A DNA stretch of 64,000 nt from Patescibacteria group bacterium (GCA_038206135.1 JBBRBD010000002.1:2896-66895); one strand, 5' to 3'. Shown: positions 9,990 through 20,237, numbered from the stretch's first letter. Translations and numbers: made by a program. The notes: generated from the letters alone by a model not told the origin.

Positions 9990-10743
9990 TTTAACAACAG
10001 TTCAACTCGCGATGTCTGGGGTTCAAAATTTTGTTTTGATTGACCCAGATATTCTTGAAGATAATAACATCGTTAGACACGCAGCAGATTTACGGTATGT
10101 CGGTATGTCTAAAGTTTTGGCAGTTAAGGACTTAATCCTAAATCGAAACTCTGAAGCAACCGTGAATGCAATTTCTGCAAATGTTATGGATTGCACAGAT
10201 GCTCTACATGATGTCGATTTTGTTCTTGTTGCAGGCTTGGGATCAGAGATTGTTACAACAAATGTAGCATTGAAGATTAGAGAACTGAACAAGATAGCAT
10301 TGTTCAGTGGCATCTATGAAAAAGCCGTTGCAGGAGAGGTCTTTATTGTTCATCCAACAATAGGGCCTTGCTACTCATGTTTTGCTAGTCGTTTGAGATC
10401 ATCAGAACCTCAAATACAGAAGGATGTTGATTACGGACTTCCAATTGACGAACTTAAGGCACAACCTGGACTTGGGTCTCATATTGTGAGAGTATCTTCA
10501 GTTTTTGCAGACTGGACATTACGCCTTGCAATCCATGATTCAAATATTTTGCCTTATTTCCCTGGTAATCTTGTAATATTGAGTAATGAGGCGTATAATT
10601 TTGGCAATGACAAGGAAGGTAATGCTCTCAGATTGCCACCTTCGTCTGCAAAGTGGCTTACAATAAAGAAATTACATAAGTGTAATATTTGTAGCCCACC
10701 AGATTTTCTGTTCGAATCGTTCGAAGAACTTGAAGGAGATTAA
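9880..10743 (+). CDS. ThiF/MoeB/E1-family adenylyltransferase
   Basis: VIGLGSLGS, IDPDILEDNNIVRH, K in GMSKV, Zn pairs CYSC and CNIC. Confidence 0.9.
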   Translation: MNQRNNHWTRIEDLVGSGFSRLRQVKLGVIGLGSLGSLTTVQLAMSGVQNFVLIDPDILEDNNIVRHAADLRYVGMSKVLAVKDLILNRNSEATVNAISANVMDCTDALHDVDFVLVAGLGSEIVTTNVALKIRELNKIALFSGIYEKAVAGEVFIVHPTIGPCYSCFASRLRSSEPQIQKDVDYGLPIDELKAQPGLGSHIVRVSSVFADWTLRLAIHDSNILPYFPGNLVILSNEAYNFGNDKEGNALRLPPSSAKWLTIKKLHKCNICSPPDFLFESFEELEGD

Positions 10744-10744
10744 A

Positions 10745-10948
10745 ATGGCCACAGTTCCGACTCGTCGTGAAGGTCAATCCGATCCTAATCAGGAAGGTCG
10801 AGATGCTGAAGTTCGTGTGGGTACTACCGTTCCCGACGATCAATTGAGGCAAATGATGGGAAGTTTTGGTGATCTTGATGAAGAAGATGGCAATCCGGAT
10901 AGTCGTCCGGATGAAGTCGCCTTAAATAAAACCCGTACTTGGGGTTAA
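10745..10948 (+). CDS. 67-aa acidic, probably disordered peptide ending RTWG; candidate conjugated modifier
   Basis: GAAGGAG SD, ATG 1 nt after the E1 stop, C-terminal Gly, strong terminator follows. Confidence 0.7.
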   Translation: MATVPTRREGQSDPNQEGRDAEVRVGTTVPDDQLRQMMGSFGDLDEEDGNPDSRPDEVALNKTRTWG

Positions 10949-10959
10949 GACATTTTCGT

Positions 10960-10989
10960 AGGGGTGAGGATAATTCCTCACCCTTTTTT
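10960..10989 (+). terminator. Intrinsic terminator of the E2-JAB-E1 operon
   Basis: GGGTGAGGA-TAAT-TCCTCACCC stem then T run. Confidence 0.85.
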
Positions 10990-11053
10990 GTTGCAAACAA
11001 CCCATAATTATGTTAAAATGCTGAACTCCTGGAAAATAGTAGCATAAAGTTAT

Positions 11054-13348
11054 ATGCTGACTGTACATATGCCAGAAGACACCCCAGAAAATATGAAAGA
11101 ATTAGGATTAGAACACGGAGTAGACACTTCAATTCATAGTGATTTCGGTGATTTTGCGCCACCAACATATGAGCATGGTCAAGGTAATAGTCATAACGTA
11201 AATAACGATAATTTAGGCGAAGATAAGCGGTTTGTGTCTGAAGGAGATATGGATATTCTTGCGAAAGCATTACTTCTTTCATCTCGAGAACAAGATGAAT
11301 TATCAGATAATGATAAGGCTTGGATAAATGATCACAAAGGTGCAATTACAAACGCGGTGAGGAACGGAAATTTTGACAGTCATTTTGCCAACCAATTAGG
11401 AATAAGGGGTGAACAGGAAAACACTCCAAATGCTCCTCAAACCACCGTAGATGATGATAGATGGAGTGCTTTTGGTGGAGTTGATTGGGATGCTGCTGCG
11501 AATTCAGGTGAAGCTACTGTACCTCCTGTCAATATTCCTGAAGATCAAAAAAACAACTGGTATCGAGAGTTAGCGGAAGATTGGAGATCTAAACCTCAAA
11601 CGCGAGAATATTGGATTGGAAATCAAGAAAAGGGTGTACAAGACAAACGCTCTATTTTGCAAAACGCTGGAATGACAGATCAAGAAATTAGTGAACTGGT
11701 TAATGACCATACATTTCAAAATAACAGTCGTGCTGGGAAGCCTGTACGTCCAGAAGATATCTCTGAGATAAATGTTTCTAAGCCGGTGAGAGTTGATTCT
11801 CATAATCCAGTTGTAGCAATTGGAACTGAAAGGGTAATACCGACTCCTTTGACTGAGTCCGACCATTCTGGGAACCGTGACTACTTAAAAGGTATCGAAA
11901 GCATGGAATTAAAAGAGCAAATTAAACAGATACGTTTGTTGTGTCAAGACATTCAAGCAACGTATCCAGATCTTCCATTGAGGGAAATCTCTCGGCAAGA
12001 TCCTGAAATATCAGCACAAATTGGAAGACTTGAGCGTGAGATGCGAAAATCAGAATCTCGAACTCCACATTTGGAAATCTTCAAAGAAGCCCTAATGGAG
12101 GCAAAAGTTTTTATTGGATTGCATGATACTGTTGCAAATCTAAATCAAGTAAATTTTAAGGCAGATGAGGTCGAACGTGACATTAAAGCAAAGTATAAAA
12201 CGTTAGAAGACCAGAAACGCGCTCTTTCAGGTGTTGATTTGGCAGCGCTTCTTAAGAATGAAGTTATTTCATTTAGAGGTAGTAACAGAGAAACAGCCAC
12301 CAAGTATCACGAAGGATTGCCCGTAGGGAAAGCACATATGTTATTGCAGGAAGTTTCGACAAAGGGTTTGCCTTTAAATCCTGAAATTCGTTTGGGAGAT
12401 CCTCGTCTAACAGCCGACCAAAAAGCTCTTATTAAAGACTATTTGTACACTGAAATTAAGAAGGTACCAGATATCGAAGATCCCGATTGGACACTTGAGC
12501 TAGCAGAACTTTATGACAAATTTAGTTATGGAACAAGTTTAAGAAATTTAAAAGGATCAGACCCTGTATCAAAAGCAATGTATTTACAACAATTTAGAGA
12601 ATCTACCTTGGAGAAAAAACAGGCAGGAACAACAGGGGATGACCTTGGTCCATACTATACAATAGATGCTGTTCCTTCCGTTGGCTTAACTTCACTAGAT
12701 AGACATATCAGTATCAAAGATAGTGCTGGAAATTCCCACAAACTTGCAAATGCAAGACTTTGGGAAACAGATCCTAGTATTTCAGGCTTAATTCTACCGT
12801 ATGATTTACAACGATATGATCCATATAACCCTGTTCGAAGTGCCTCTACCATTGTTGACCCTACAACACTTAGATGGGAAGATGTTACTTCAACTGACAT
12901 AAAAGATTATTTTACTAAAGCAGTTCCTGCTGGTGTACAGGCAACAGATTGGTTCCTTCGATCCGATTGGTCACTGTCAGAACTTAGAAAAGACAATTTA
13001 GAGAAGTTGCGTTCAAGTTTTAATGTGTTAGACCCAGATGATAATTTGAAATTAGCACCACTGTTAGTCATTGGAATTCTCACTGAATATCAAGCGACAG
13101 TTAACCCAAGTACAGAAAAAGTAGAAGGAACCTTCGGGGATCCGTTTGCAGTGAGAAGATTCCTTGACTTATTGAAGCGTCAACCGAATCCATTTTTAAA
13201 ACCCGAACAAGTGACATACATTGAGTCAGGATTGATGATTGAAGATGAATCGGGAAGAGAACGCAAACTTGACCCAGTAGGATTCGCACACAACATTAGA
13301 CTTCGAAGAACATATACTCGACCACTCCAACCTGTAATCCGTTCATAA
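11054..13348 (+). CDS. Large hypothetical protein (764 aa)
   Basis: Long ORF, acidic low-complexity N-terminus, no motif recognised. Confidence 0.75.
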   Translation: MLTVHMPEDTPENMKELGLEHGVDTSIHSDFGDFAPPTYEHGQGNSHNVNNDNLGEDKRFVSEGDMDILAKALLLSSREQDELSDNDKAWINDHKGAITNAVRNGNFDSHFANQLGIRGEQENTPNAPQTTVDDDRWSAFGGVDWDAAANSGEATVPPVNIPEDQKNNWYRELAEDWRSKPQTREYWIGNQEKGVQDKRSILQNAGMTDQEISELVNDHTFQNNSRAGKPVRPEDISEINVSKPVRVDSHNPVVAIGTERVIPTPLTESDHSGNRDYLKGIESMELKEQIKQIRLLCQDIQATYPDLPLREISRQDPEISAQIGRLEREMRKSESRTPHLEIFKEALMEAKVFIGLHDTVANLNQVNFKADEVERDIKAKYKTLEDQKRALSGVDLAALLKNEVISFRGSNRETATKYHEGLPVGKAHMLLQEVSTKGLPLNPEIRLGDPRLTADQKALIKDYLYTEIKKVPDIEDPDWTLELAELYDKFSYGTSLRNLKGSDPVSKAMYLQQFRESTLEKKQAGTTGDDLGPYYTIDAVPSVGLTSLDRHISIKDSAGNSHKLANARLWETDPSISGLILPYDLQRYDPYNPVRSASTIVDPTTLRWEDVTSTDIKDYFTKAVPAGVQATDWFLRSDWSLSELRKDNLEKLRSSFNVLDPDDNLKLAPLLVIGILTEYQATVNPSTEKVEGTFGDPFAVRRFLDLLKRQPNPFLKPEQVTYIESGLMIEDESGRERKLDPVGFAHNIRLRRTYTRPLQPVIRS

Positions 13349-13406
13349 TTTAATCTGTAGTAAGTATCAAGAATATTTACGACTTCTCAATTTATTGAAG
13401 TAAAAT

Positions 13407-15074
13407 TTATAAACCTTGCTTTTTAGATTGTCCAGATGGCTTGATTTGTTGATTTAGAGCACCTGTTGTATTCTGAGCCTGTCTCAATGTGTCTTCTGTT
13501 CGCTTAGCAGCTTTAGCTTGTTGCCACTCTTCTTGTCTTCTTGATCCAAAAGTTTGGACCCTTCCAAGAACATTGTTAGTTAATTCTTTTCGCACATCTT
13601 TAATTTGTCCTCCTATTGCACCTCCCACAATGCCAGCGCCGAGCATTGTTCCGAATGTGTCAGCTCCATAGCTTCCTCTACCTGAAGCAATTTGATCTCT
13701 CACTCCAGAGGCGATTTTGGGTGCTGAAAAGATGATTCCGAAACCAATAAAGAAGGCAAGAATTTGAATAGGGAAACCTCCAAAACCTGGAAGTAAAATT
13801 GCACTTCCGTTTACTTGGTTTGTTGCAAAGTTGAAGTAGTTTGCACCTCCTGTTAGGATATCTCCGAGCCATCCATTTAAATCAATTGTCATTGTCCAAA
13901 ACACCATGTGTGCTAAGAGCATTGTTAAACAAATAGCTACAAATACAGATAATTGTGCAACCATTTGTCGAATCCAACCACCGATCCCTGGCCCAATTGA
14001 AACCACACCCAGAAGGCCAATAATTGGGGCTCCAATCACCAAAAAGACAATCATAGTGAAAGCTTTAAGCATAGTTACAAATATTCTAAAAATTGCTACT
14101 AGCCCGAGTCCTAGTAGAATTACACCGATAAGTCCGGCTACTGCTCCAACAATTGTTGCGAGTCCACCAGTTGCAATTGTTCCAATTACAGCAGTAGCTC
14201 CTGCTCCAAAGATAAATCCACCTAAAATTATGGTCCAGCCAGTAAATGCTGCAATTGGGTTGTTTAGTTTATTAAAGATGTCAATAACATTTGGAGCACC
14301 ACCTTTAAATAGCCCGCTTTGTGCGACTATTGCAGAGGAAAGTCCCATTACGACATATGCCAAATCTATAATAAGTCCTGCTATTGCATATGAAAAAGTA
14401 ATAAAGATAAGGGCAATTGCAACTTTGGGAAGTGCAGACTGTACACTTACGACTACTTGAGGAGCTATCTTTTGCCTTAACATAATCATAAATGCAAGAA
14501 TAATGATCACAAATGACATGAGTCCAAAAGCAACATTCCTAAATGCTACCCACAATCTTTGGAGTGGTTGAAGTGCTCCGAAACCAGTTCCTTCTTGAGC
14601 ATAAGCATCCTGTACTGGAGAATATTGCCTTATTTTCTGAGCAACATAGTCAATACCAGACGCTGGCTTATGAGATAAAAACGAGTCGGCAGCTCCCGCT
14701 AAAAACAAAACTGGACTACTCAATGGTGCTTCTGCCTGAATGTTTGAAACACATTGTGAAGTATTTGCCCCTGCACTAAAACACTGAGACATTGATCCAG
14801 CCTGAAGTAGCGCAAGGGAATTGACTATCCAATTGACTTGAGCGAACGTATATCTCTCACCAAAAATATCTGTATCATTTGCGCTTCCTGGAGGGAATAC
14901 TTTTGAATTGAATGTGTTTAAATCTGGGTTCCACCATTGGGTAGCATTTCCTGCTGGGGCAGTTTGTGCATGAACATTTGAGATGGGATAGGCCACTGAA
15001 ACAATCACCAATAGAAGTGTTGTAATAGCCAATAATTTATTTTTCATATTTGTAAAAACTTCTATCTTAAACAT
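13407..15074 (-). CDS. VirB6/TrbL-like polytopic membrane protein
   Basis: Signal peptide, LWVAFRNVAF, ALIFITFSYAIAGLIIDL, many Gly-rich TM helices; T4SS context. Confidence 0.7.
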   Translation of the reverse strand: MFKIEVFTNMKNKLLAITTLLLVIVSVAYPISNVHAQTAPAGNATQWWNPDLNTFNSKVFPPGSANDTDIFGERYTFAQVNWIVNSLALLQAGSMSQCFSAGANTSQCVSNIQAEAPLSSPVLFLAGAADSFLSHKPASGIDYVAQKIRQYSPVQDAYAQEGTGFGALQPLQRLWVAFRNVAFGLMSFVIIILAFMIMLRQKIAPQVVVSVQSALPKVAIALIFITFSYAIAGLIIDLAYVVMGLSSAIVAQSGLFKGGAPNVIDIFNKLNNPIAAFTGWTIILGGFIFGAGATAVIGTIATGGLATIVGAVAGLIGVILLGLGLVAIFRIFVTMLKAFTMIVFLVIGAPIIGLLGVVSIGPGIGGWIRQMVAQLSVFVAICLTMLLAHMVFWTMTIDLNGWLGDILTGGANYFNFATNQVNGSAILLPGFGGFPIQILAFFIGFGIIFSAPKIASGVRDQIASGRGSYGADTFGTMLGAGIVGGAIGGQIKDVRKELTNNVLGRVQTFGSRRQEEWQQAKAAKRTEDTLRQAQNTTGALNQQIKPSGQSKKQGL

Positions 15075-15112
15075 ACATGAACTGAACTAAATCACGCAAG
15101 GACGAAACAGAA

Positions 15113-15427
15113 TTATTTTTGATATATCGTAAAGGTTAAAATCGAGTTTATTCCAATAAATCTAGCAATAATAACAAGCAGTAAGAATGACAATGCTAGA
15201 ACAACAATTCCAATTACTGCATATGTTGCCATGTTTCGTGCGGCTTCCGCTCTTTTAGGGTCACTTCCTGCCATAATAAGGTTAACGCCAGCCAAAAGCA
15301 AAATAATAAAGGCTACAATTCCCGCAAGCGGAATAGCTGCGCGCAAAACATTTGCAAATATATCTTCAAATTCTGAAAGAGTGTTTGGGGTACTAGTTAC
15401 AAGTTGTGCAAAAACTAAAGAGAACAT
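15113..15427 (-). CDS. TrbC/VirB2-like T4SS pilin
   Basis: VFAQ leader, TM - AGSDPKRAEAARNMATYAVIG - TM. Confidence 0.85.
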   Translation of the reverse strand: MFSLVFAQLVTSTPNTLSEFEDIFANVLRAAIPLAGIVAFIILLLAGVNLIMAGSDPKRAEAARNMATYAVIGIVVLALSFLLLVIIARFIGINSILTFTIYQK

Positions 15428-15436
15428 AATTATATG

Positions 15437-16912
15437 TTAACTGTTTTTGCAAGAGTTTGGTAGAGGGCGCTCATATAAAACAGAAGCTTCGTCCTCATAC
15501 ACTATTTTCCACACTTTTTTATCAAGTTCCTCTGTCAAATTTATGGGTGATATCTCATTTATCAACTGAGAAGGAGAATTTTCTCTAGTCCATAAAAACC
15601 TGGTGATACAAAATTCTTCAAGTATTGGTTTAATAGGTTCATTTTTAAGACTGAGTGAAATATACGATTGAAGAGCATTTTGTAATTCATTGGGTTTAGT
15701 ATCTTGTCTCCATGGAATCATACGACCGTCAATAAAGACTTTATTTTTTGGAGACTTCCACAAAAGGTATGTATTCCAGTGCAATATTGAAAAAATGTTT
15801 CCTTCATGAGGGTTTTTCGAAATGTAAATGACGGCATTCTCAGGATAAGCTAATTGACTCACAATTATTTTGCTTCGTACGTTTAATATTGTTTCAATAA
15901 TAAGTAAAATAACCCCAAATATAATCGTAATACGAAGAATTTGTAGTAAACGTTTTTTGTCTATCATTTTATTCGCTAAAAATTTATTGCTTGCTTTAAC
16001 GATCACAAAGCTAGCGCTTAAAGCAAAGAGAGGGAGTACTCTTGTTGAAAGCAAACCATTGAGAAGCAGCAGTATCGTAAATATCTCAAGCCATCTGACT
16101 TTCTTTGTCAACCATAGAGTAGTGAAAAACAGTGAGATTAAAGCCAACAAGCTAAAACTAGTAACACGTGTTGCCGGTTGCCATTCAAGTACATATCTAT
16201 TTAAGGGATTTATTATAGTACTGAGTGTCTCTCTCCAAGTACCCAAAAAGTATGGGGTTATTGCTGTGACTAAAGTTGCGGTTAAAACAATGAAAAACAA
16301 ATGCATCTTTAACTTCGAATCAACTGTCTCTGATGAAAAAAGTAAGATGTCTATAATCCAATATCCCCACAGGTATATAACTCCCAGTATAAAACCACCA
16401 TGTAAATTTACCCATAGAAATAGAATTAGCGGAATTGAAATCGCGAGCATTCGAATGTTTTTTTTTGACCGTGACATTAGTGCTATTATTGTCGCTGTCA
16501 ACAGAAAACTAGTTGCTTGAGCACGTGTTCCAAAATTATCCAAACAGCTTGCAGCAAGAAGTGGCATAATCCAAATAGCATTGCCACTCGCTATATAAAT
16601 GCCAATCGTTGCAATTAAAGAGCAAAGAGCAGCGACTCCTACATATCCCAAGTGAAATTTTGAATACACGAGTGCGAAGATAACACTCATACCCCAGGAG
16701 TGGTCAATGTATTTGTATGAGGGCATTGTATAGCTATATGGATCATTAAAATAAAAATTTCCGGAAAGGATGTCCGTCCCGTGCCTCATATGCCAAGGAA
16801 AGTCTGGATCAAGAAATGAATATGCAGCTGCAAATAAGCATATAAATACGATTATCAGAATAAGATTTCTTGCTTTGAAGTATCTTGAAGGCCACTTATT
16901 GATAGTGGTCAT
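15437..16912 (-). CDS. GT-C-like polytopic membrane protein (putative glycosyltransferase)
   Basis: DPDFPWH, WVNLHGGF, EWQP, FIDGR motifs; paralog of 18139-19605. Confidence 0.7.
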   Translation of the reverse strand: MTTINKWPSRYFKARNLILIIVFICLFAAAYSFLDPDFPWHMRHGTDILSGNFYFNDPYSYTMPSYKYIDHSWGMSVIFALVYSKFHLGYVGVAALCSLIATIGIYIASGNAIWIMPLLAASCLDNFGTRAQATSFLLTATIIALMSRSKKNIRMLAISIPLILFLWVNLHGGFILGVIYLWGYWIIDILLFSSETVDSKLKMHLFFIVLTATLVTAITPYFLGTWRETLSTIINPLNRYVLEWQPATRVTSFSLLALISLFFTTLWLTKKVRWLEIFTILLLLNGLLSTRVLPLFALSASFVIVKASNKFLANKMIDKKRLLQILRITIIFGVILLIIETILNVRSKIIVSQLAYPENAVIYISKNPHEGNIFSILHWNTYLLWKSPKNKVFIDGRMIPWRQDTKPNELQNALQSYISLSLKNEPIKPILEEFCITRFLWTRENSPSQLINEISPINLTEELDKKVWKIVYEDEASVLYERPLPNSCKNS

Positions 16913-16951
16913 TTTTGTGATTTCTATTAAATGTAATCATTCATTATTGTA

Positions 16952-18136
16952 TTGAACTCTGTCATAATTCACAATATTTCAGATATGAAAATGTTTTTTA
17001 GAATCCACAAACAAAAAATTAAATATATACTAATTTTGTTTTTATTATCTCGAGTATTTCTAGAAGGAGCAGGTCTGATTGGTGATAGGTGGCTCAAAAA
17101 TGTCAGTACGAACCCTTCAGAGTGGCAAGAAACTAACACTAATATTCCATCCCTTGATATTTGGGCTGTGTGGGATTCTGGATGGTATTTAAATATTGCA
17201 AAATATGGCTATTCAAATGTCACACCAGAAAACCATCCATCAGTAGTTACACCGCAAATGCACAACATTGGGTTTTTTCCGTTGTACCCTGTTTTTATTC
17301 AAGGTATTTCATATATTACTCAAAATAATTATGTTGCCGCGTTAATTGTTTCGAACCTGGCCCTGCTAATTAGTTGTTTTTTACTCTACGAAATTGTTAT
17401 GGAGAAGTATGATGAAATGACAGCAAAACAGACTATAAAGTATTTACTAATTTTTCCCACGTCCTTTATCTTATCTGGTGTTTTTTCTGAGTCTCTTTTC
17501 CTCTTGTTTTTGTTAATATGTTTTTATTTTGCGCAAAAAGGAAAATGGGGAGTAGTTGGTGTCTCTGGTTATTTCCTTTCACTGACTCGGCCTACGGGGT
17601 TTCTACTGGTAATCCCGCTTCTGTTTCTGTATCTAAAAAATTGCAGGTTTGAATTTAAAAAAATAAAACCTAATATCTTATATCTTTCATTATTTGGTAT
17701 GGGAGTTTTTACTTTCATGATTTACACACACCTGTTAAATGGTGATTTTTTAGCCTATTTTCACGCGCAAGAAACAGGCTGGCTCGTCACACATTCTAAT
17801 CCACTAAACATGCTTCAAATGCTCTATTTATATAGTCCAAGCACAAGAATTGTTTTCTGGTTTATACTTGCAGAACTTTTTTTGATTTTTATACATATAA
17901 AGAAAGTTTCACTGGATTATTTGTTAGTCGCTGCAATTTTACTTGGCATACCTCTAATAGAGGGTTTTGGGCCAACTTTCAGTTTACCTAGAATGTCCGT
18001 CGTTGTTTTTCCTTTATTTATAATAATTGCAAAAATGGCAAAAGATAAATATGTTGATAGTGCATTAACATTCGGATTATTATTTCTTCAATTTATATTA
18101 ATGATTTTGTGGAGTAATGGAATTCTGATTATTTAA
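16952..18136 (+). CDS. PIG-V/Mannosyl_trans2-like GT-C mannosyltransferase (start probably 16985)
   Basis: WDSGWYLNIAKYGY, FFPLYP, SESLFL, TRPTG. Confidence 0.85.
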   Translation: MNSVIIHNISDMKMFFRIHKQKIKYILILFLLSRVFLEGAGLIGDRWLKNVSTNPSEWQETNTNIPSLDIWAVWDSGWYLNIAKYGYSNVTPENHPSVVTPQMHNIGFFPLYPVFIQGISYITQNNYVAALIVSNLALLISCFLLYEIVMEKYDEMTAKQTIKYLLIFPTSFILSGVFSESLFLLFLLICFYFAQKGKWGVVGVSGYFLSLTRPTGFLLVIPLLFLYLKNCRFEFKKIKPNILYLSLFGMGVFTFMIYTHLLNGDFLAYFHAQETGWLVTHSNPLNMLQMLYLYSPSTRIVFWFILAELFLIFIHIKKVSLDYLLVAAILLGIPLIEGFGPTFSLPRMSVVVFPLFIIIAKMAKDKYVDSALTFGLLFLQFILMILWSNGILII

Positions 18137-18138
18137 TT

Positions 18139-19605
18139 TTAATAGCAATTCTTTAGAAGATTTTTATGGTACACAACAGATACGGAATCTTCAAATATTA
18201 CAGTCCATCCGTTATCTTTCAACGTTCCGATGAATTTGTAAAAGTCTGCAGGGTTGTACCATCCTGATTTTGTATTTGGGGTGTGCCAAAGGATTGTGTC
18301 AACACAAAATTTCTCGAATATTTCATTATAAGGGATATTACCACTTATTATGTTTTCATACGTATCAAATGCATTATTCAATTCATTTACCTTTGGTTCT
18401 TGTATCCAAACATACATCCTACCATCTATAAATGATTTTTCTGTGGGTATTTTCCAATTCAAGTAACTTCCCCAACTTGCCATAGTAAACACATGTTTAT
18501 GATTTACTTCTTCTATATACGCTATTGAATTATCAGAAGGGAAGAAATCTGACATTATAATGGTGCGGAATCTCAACTGTAAAAGGCACTCAACTACGAA
18601 AACTACTACTGTTATGACGGTTAGTGTATTCAAAAAGAAGTTTAGTCGATGCTTATCTATTTTGTGATCATTCTTCTGTAAATATTTCTCCTGAGCATAA
18701 ATTATTGTTGGTACTGCGCTTATTACAAATATTGGTACAAACCTTACTGACAGTATCCCTTGAATCAAAAGATACACAGTAAAAATATCTCTGAATCTCA
18801 TTTTCTTCAGAAAGTATAATGAGAAAAAAAACAAAAGAATAATAATAACAAACCCAAAACTAGGTAGATTTTTTATTGGCTGCCATTCAATAATATATTT
18901 TCGAAGATCGTTACTTAAGATTGTTCGAGCTGCTTCTCTCCAAGTTCCCAATCCATATGGTGTAAAGAGCGTTGCGAGTGTCGAAATTTGAATTGAAAGG
19001 GTTTTTTGTAACTTGTCTTCAAACGAAAATCTTTTTCTCTCAAGAATATAAATATCTATTAGTAAATACCCCCACAAATAAATTATTCCTAAAGAGAACC
19101 CCCCGTGCAAGTTTGACCACAAAAACATAAAGAGTGGGAGCAGTAAAAACATATTTCTTTTTCTTGAGAAAAAAAAATCAGTAAATTTAAACAAACAGAT
19201 GGTTAAAAAGAATGAAAAGACATGTGCGCGAACACCAAACCCACTAAGATATGAAGATGCAATTATTGGTATAAGCCATATTAACTCGAAGGACAAAAGT
19301 GTTGCTCCGAGAGTTGCAACTCCTGCAATAAAAATTGAAACAAGGCCATATCCTCCTATCTTATAAATGAATTTAAAGATAATGCTAGATAGCAACGAGT
19401 GATCCACATATTGAAAGGAAGGCATTGTGTAGCTGTATTGATCAAATTTAGGAATACCACTGGTTAATATATCTGTGGAATATTTTAAATGCCATGGAAA
19501 ATCTACATCAAAGAAGGTTGTCGCTGCTAAAAACAAGCCAACAAAGCAAACAAAAACAACAGCTTTCCTCGCAGTCAAAAAGTTTTTTATCGTACCGATT
19601 ACCAT
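18139..19605 (-). CDS. GT-C-like polytopic membrane protein, paralog of 15437-16912
   Basis: DVDFPWH, WSNLHGGF, EWQP, FIDGR. Confidence 0.7.
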   Translation of the reverse strand: MVIGTIKNFLTARKAVVFVCFVGLFLAATTFFDVDFPWHLKYSTDILTSGIPKFDQYSYTMPSFQYVDHSLLSSIIFKFIYKIGGYGLVSIFIAGVATLGATLLSFELIWLIPIIASSYLSGFGVRAHVFSFFLTICLFKFTDFFFSRKRNMFLLLPLFMFLWSNLHGGFSLGIIYLWGYLLIDIYILERKRFSFEDKLQKTLSIQISTLATLFTPYGLGTWREAARTILSNDLRKYIIEWQPIKNLPSFGFVIIILLFFFSLYFLKKMRFRDIFTVYLLIQGILSVRFVPIFVISAVPTIIYAQEKYLQKNDHKIDKHRLNFFLNTLTVITVVVFVVECLLQLRFRTIIMSDFFPSDNSIAYIEEVNHKHVFTMASWGSYLNWKIPTEKSFIDGRMYVWIQEPKVNELNNAFDTYENIISGNIPYNEIFEKFCVDTILWHTPNTKSGWYNPADFYKFIGTLKDNGWTVIFEDSVSVVYHKNLLKNCY

Positions 19606-20237
19606 AACTTGGGTATAAGCCGGAACTTTACGAGAGTAGCGTATCCTTTGTATTTTTTTGAGTTAAATAGCAGTTTTTCCTCGTCAATAATACGCTTATA
19701 AACACAAAACACCCAGAAAGCAAACAAGAGTATTCTCAAAGTTTGAATTGGTGTAAGAATTAAAAACATTGTATTCACCCATAGATATGATAAATACATA
19801 GGATGTCGTATGTATTTATAAGGACCTGCAGTCACAATACCCCTATTTGAAGCAAAAATATCAATGGACTTCCCAAGGCTGTATATTGAATACGCTGTAA
19901 TTAAAGAACCAACAATAACGAGAATATCTACACCTGCTGCGTATCTGAAGTGTCCGAAGCCAAAAAATAGAGGGAGATATGTTCCGAGAATAGCCCAGAG
20001 ATATGAGGTTTTTCTACCTTTAGTGCTATTTGACGGTCGTCGAATCAGAAAAAATAGAGAAAACAAGACATTTGTTACAAGTGCAACTATCGCGAGTGTT
20101 AAATCTCTGTAAAGTAAATATCCAGGAGGAGAAGATATTACTGCATTTCTTAATGAAACAAGAGAACTTAAAAACCCACAAAAATATAAAGCAGAAATAA
20201 GCCCTGAGACGACATAATCTTGAGTAGTATTTCTCAT
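19599..20237 (-). CDS. ICMT/PEMT-family integral membrane methyltransferase
   Basis: IVTAGPYKYIRHPMY, RIIDEEKLL, YATLVKFRLIP. Confidence 0.85.
   Translation of the reverse strand: MRNTTQDYVVSGLISALYFCGFLSSLVSLRNAVISSPPGYLLYRDLTLAIVALVTNVLFSLFFLIRRPSNSTKGRKTSYLWAILGTYLPLFFGFGHFRYAAGVDILVIVGSLITAYSIYSLGKSIDIFASNRGIVTAGPYKYIRHPMYLSYLWVNTMFLILTPIQTLRILLFAFWVFCVYKRIIDEEKLLFNSKKYKGYATLVKFRLIPKLW

Noticed and set aside
9880-10948. Thiamine or molybdopterin ThiF-ThiS pair
   Set aside because: The small protein lacks a GG end and beta-grasp pattern; neighbours are E2 and JAB, not cofactor enzymes.
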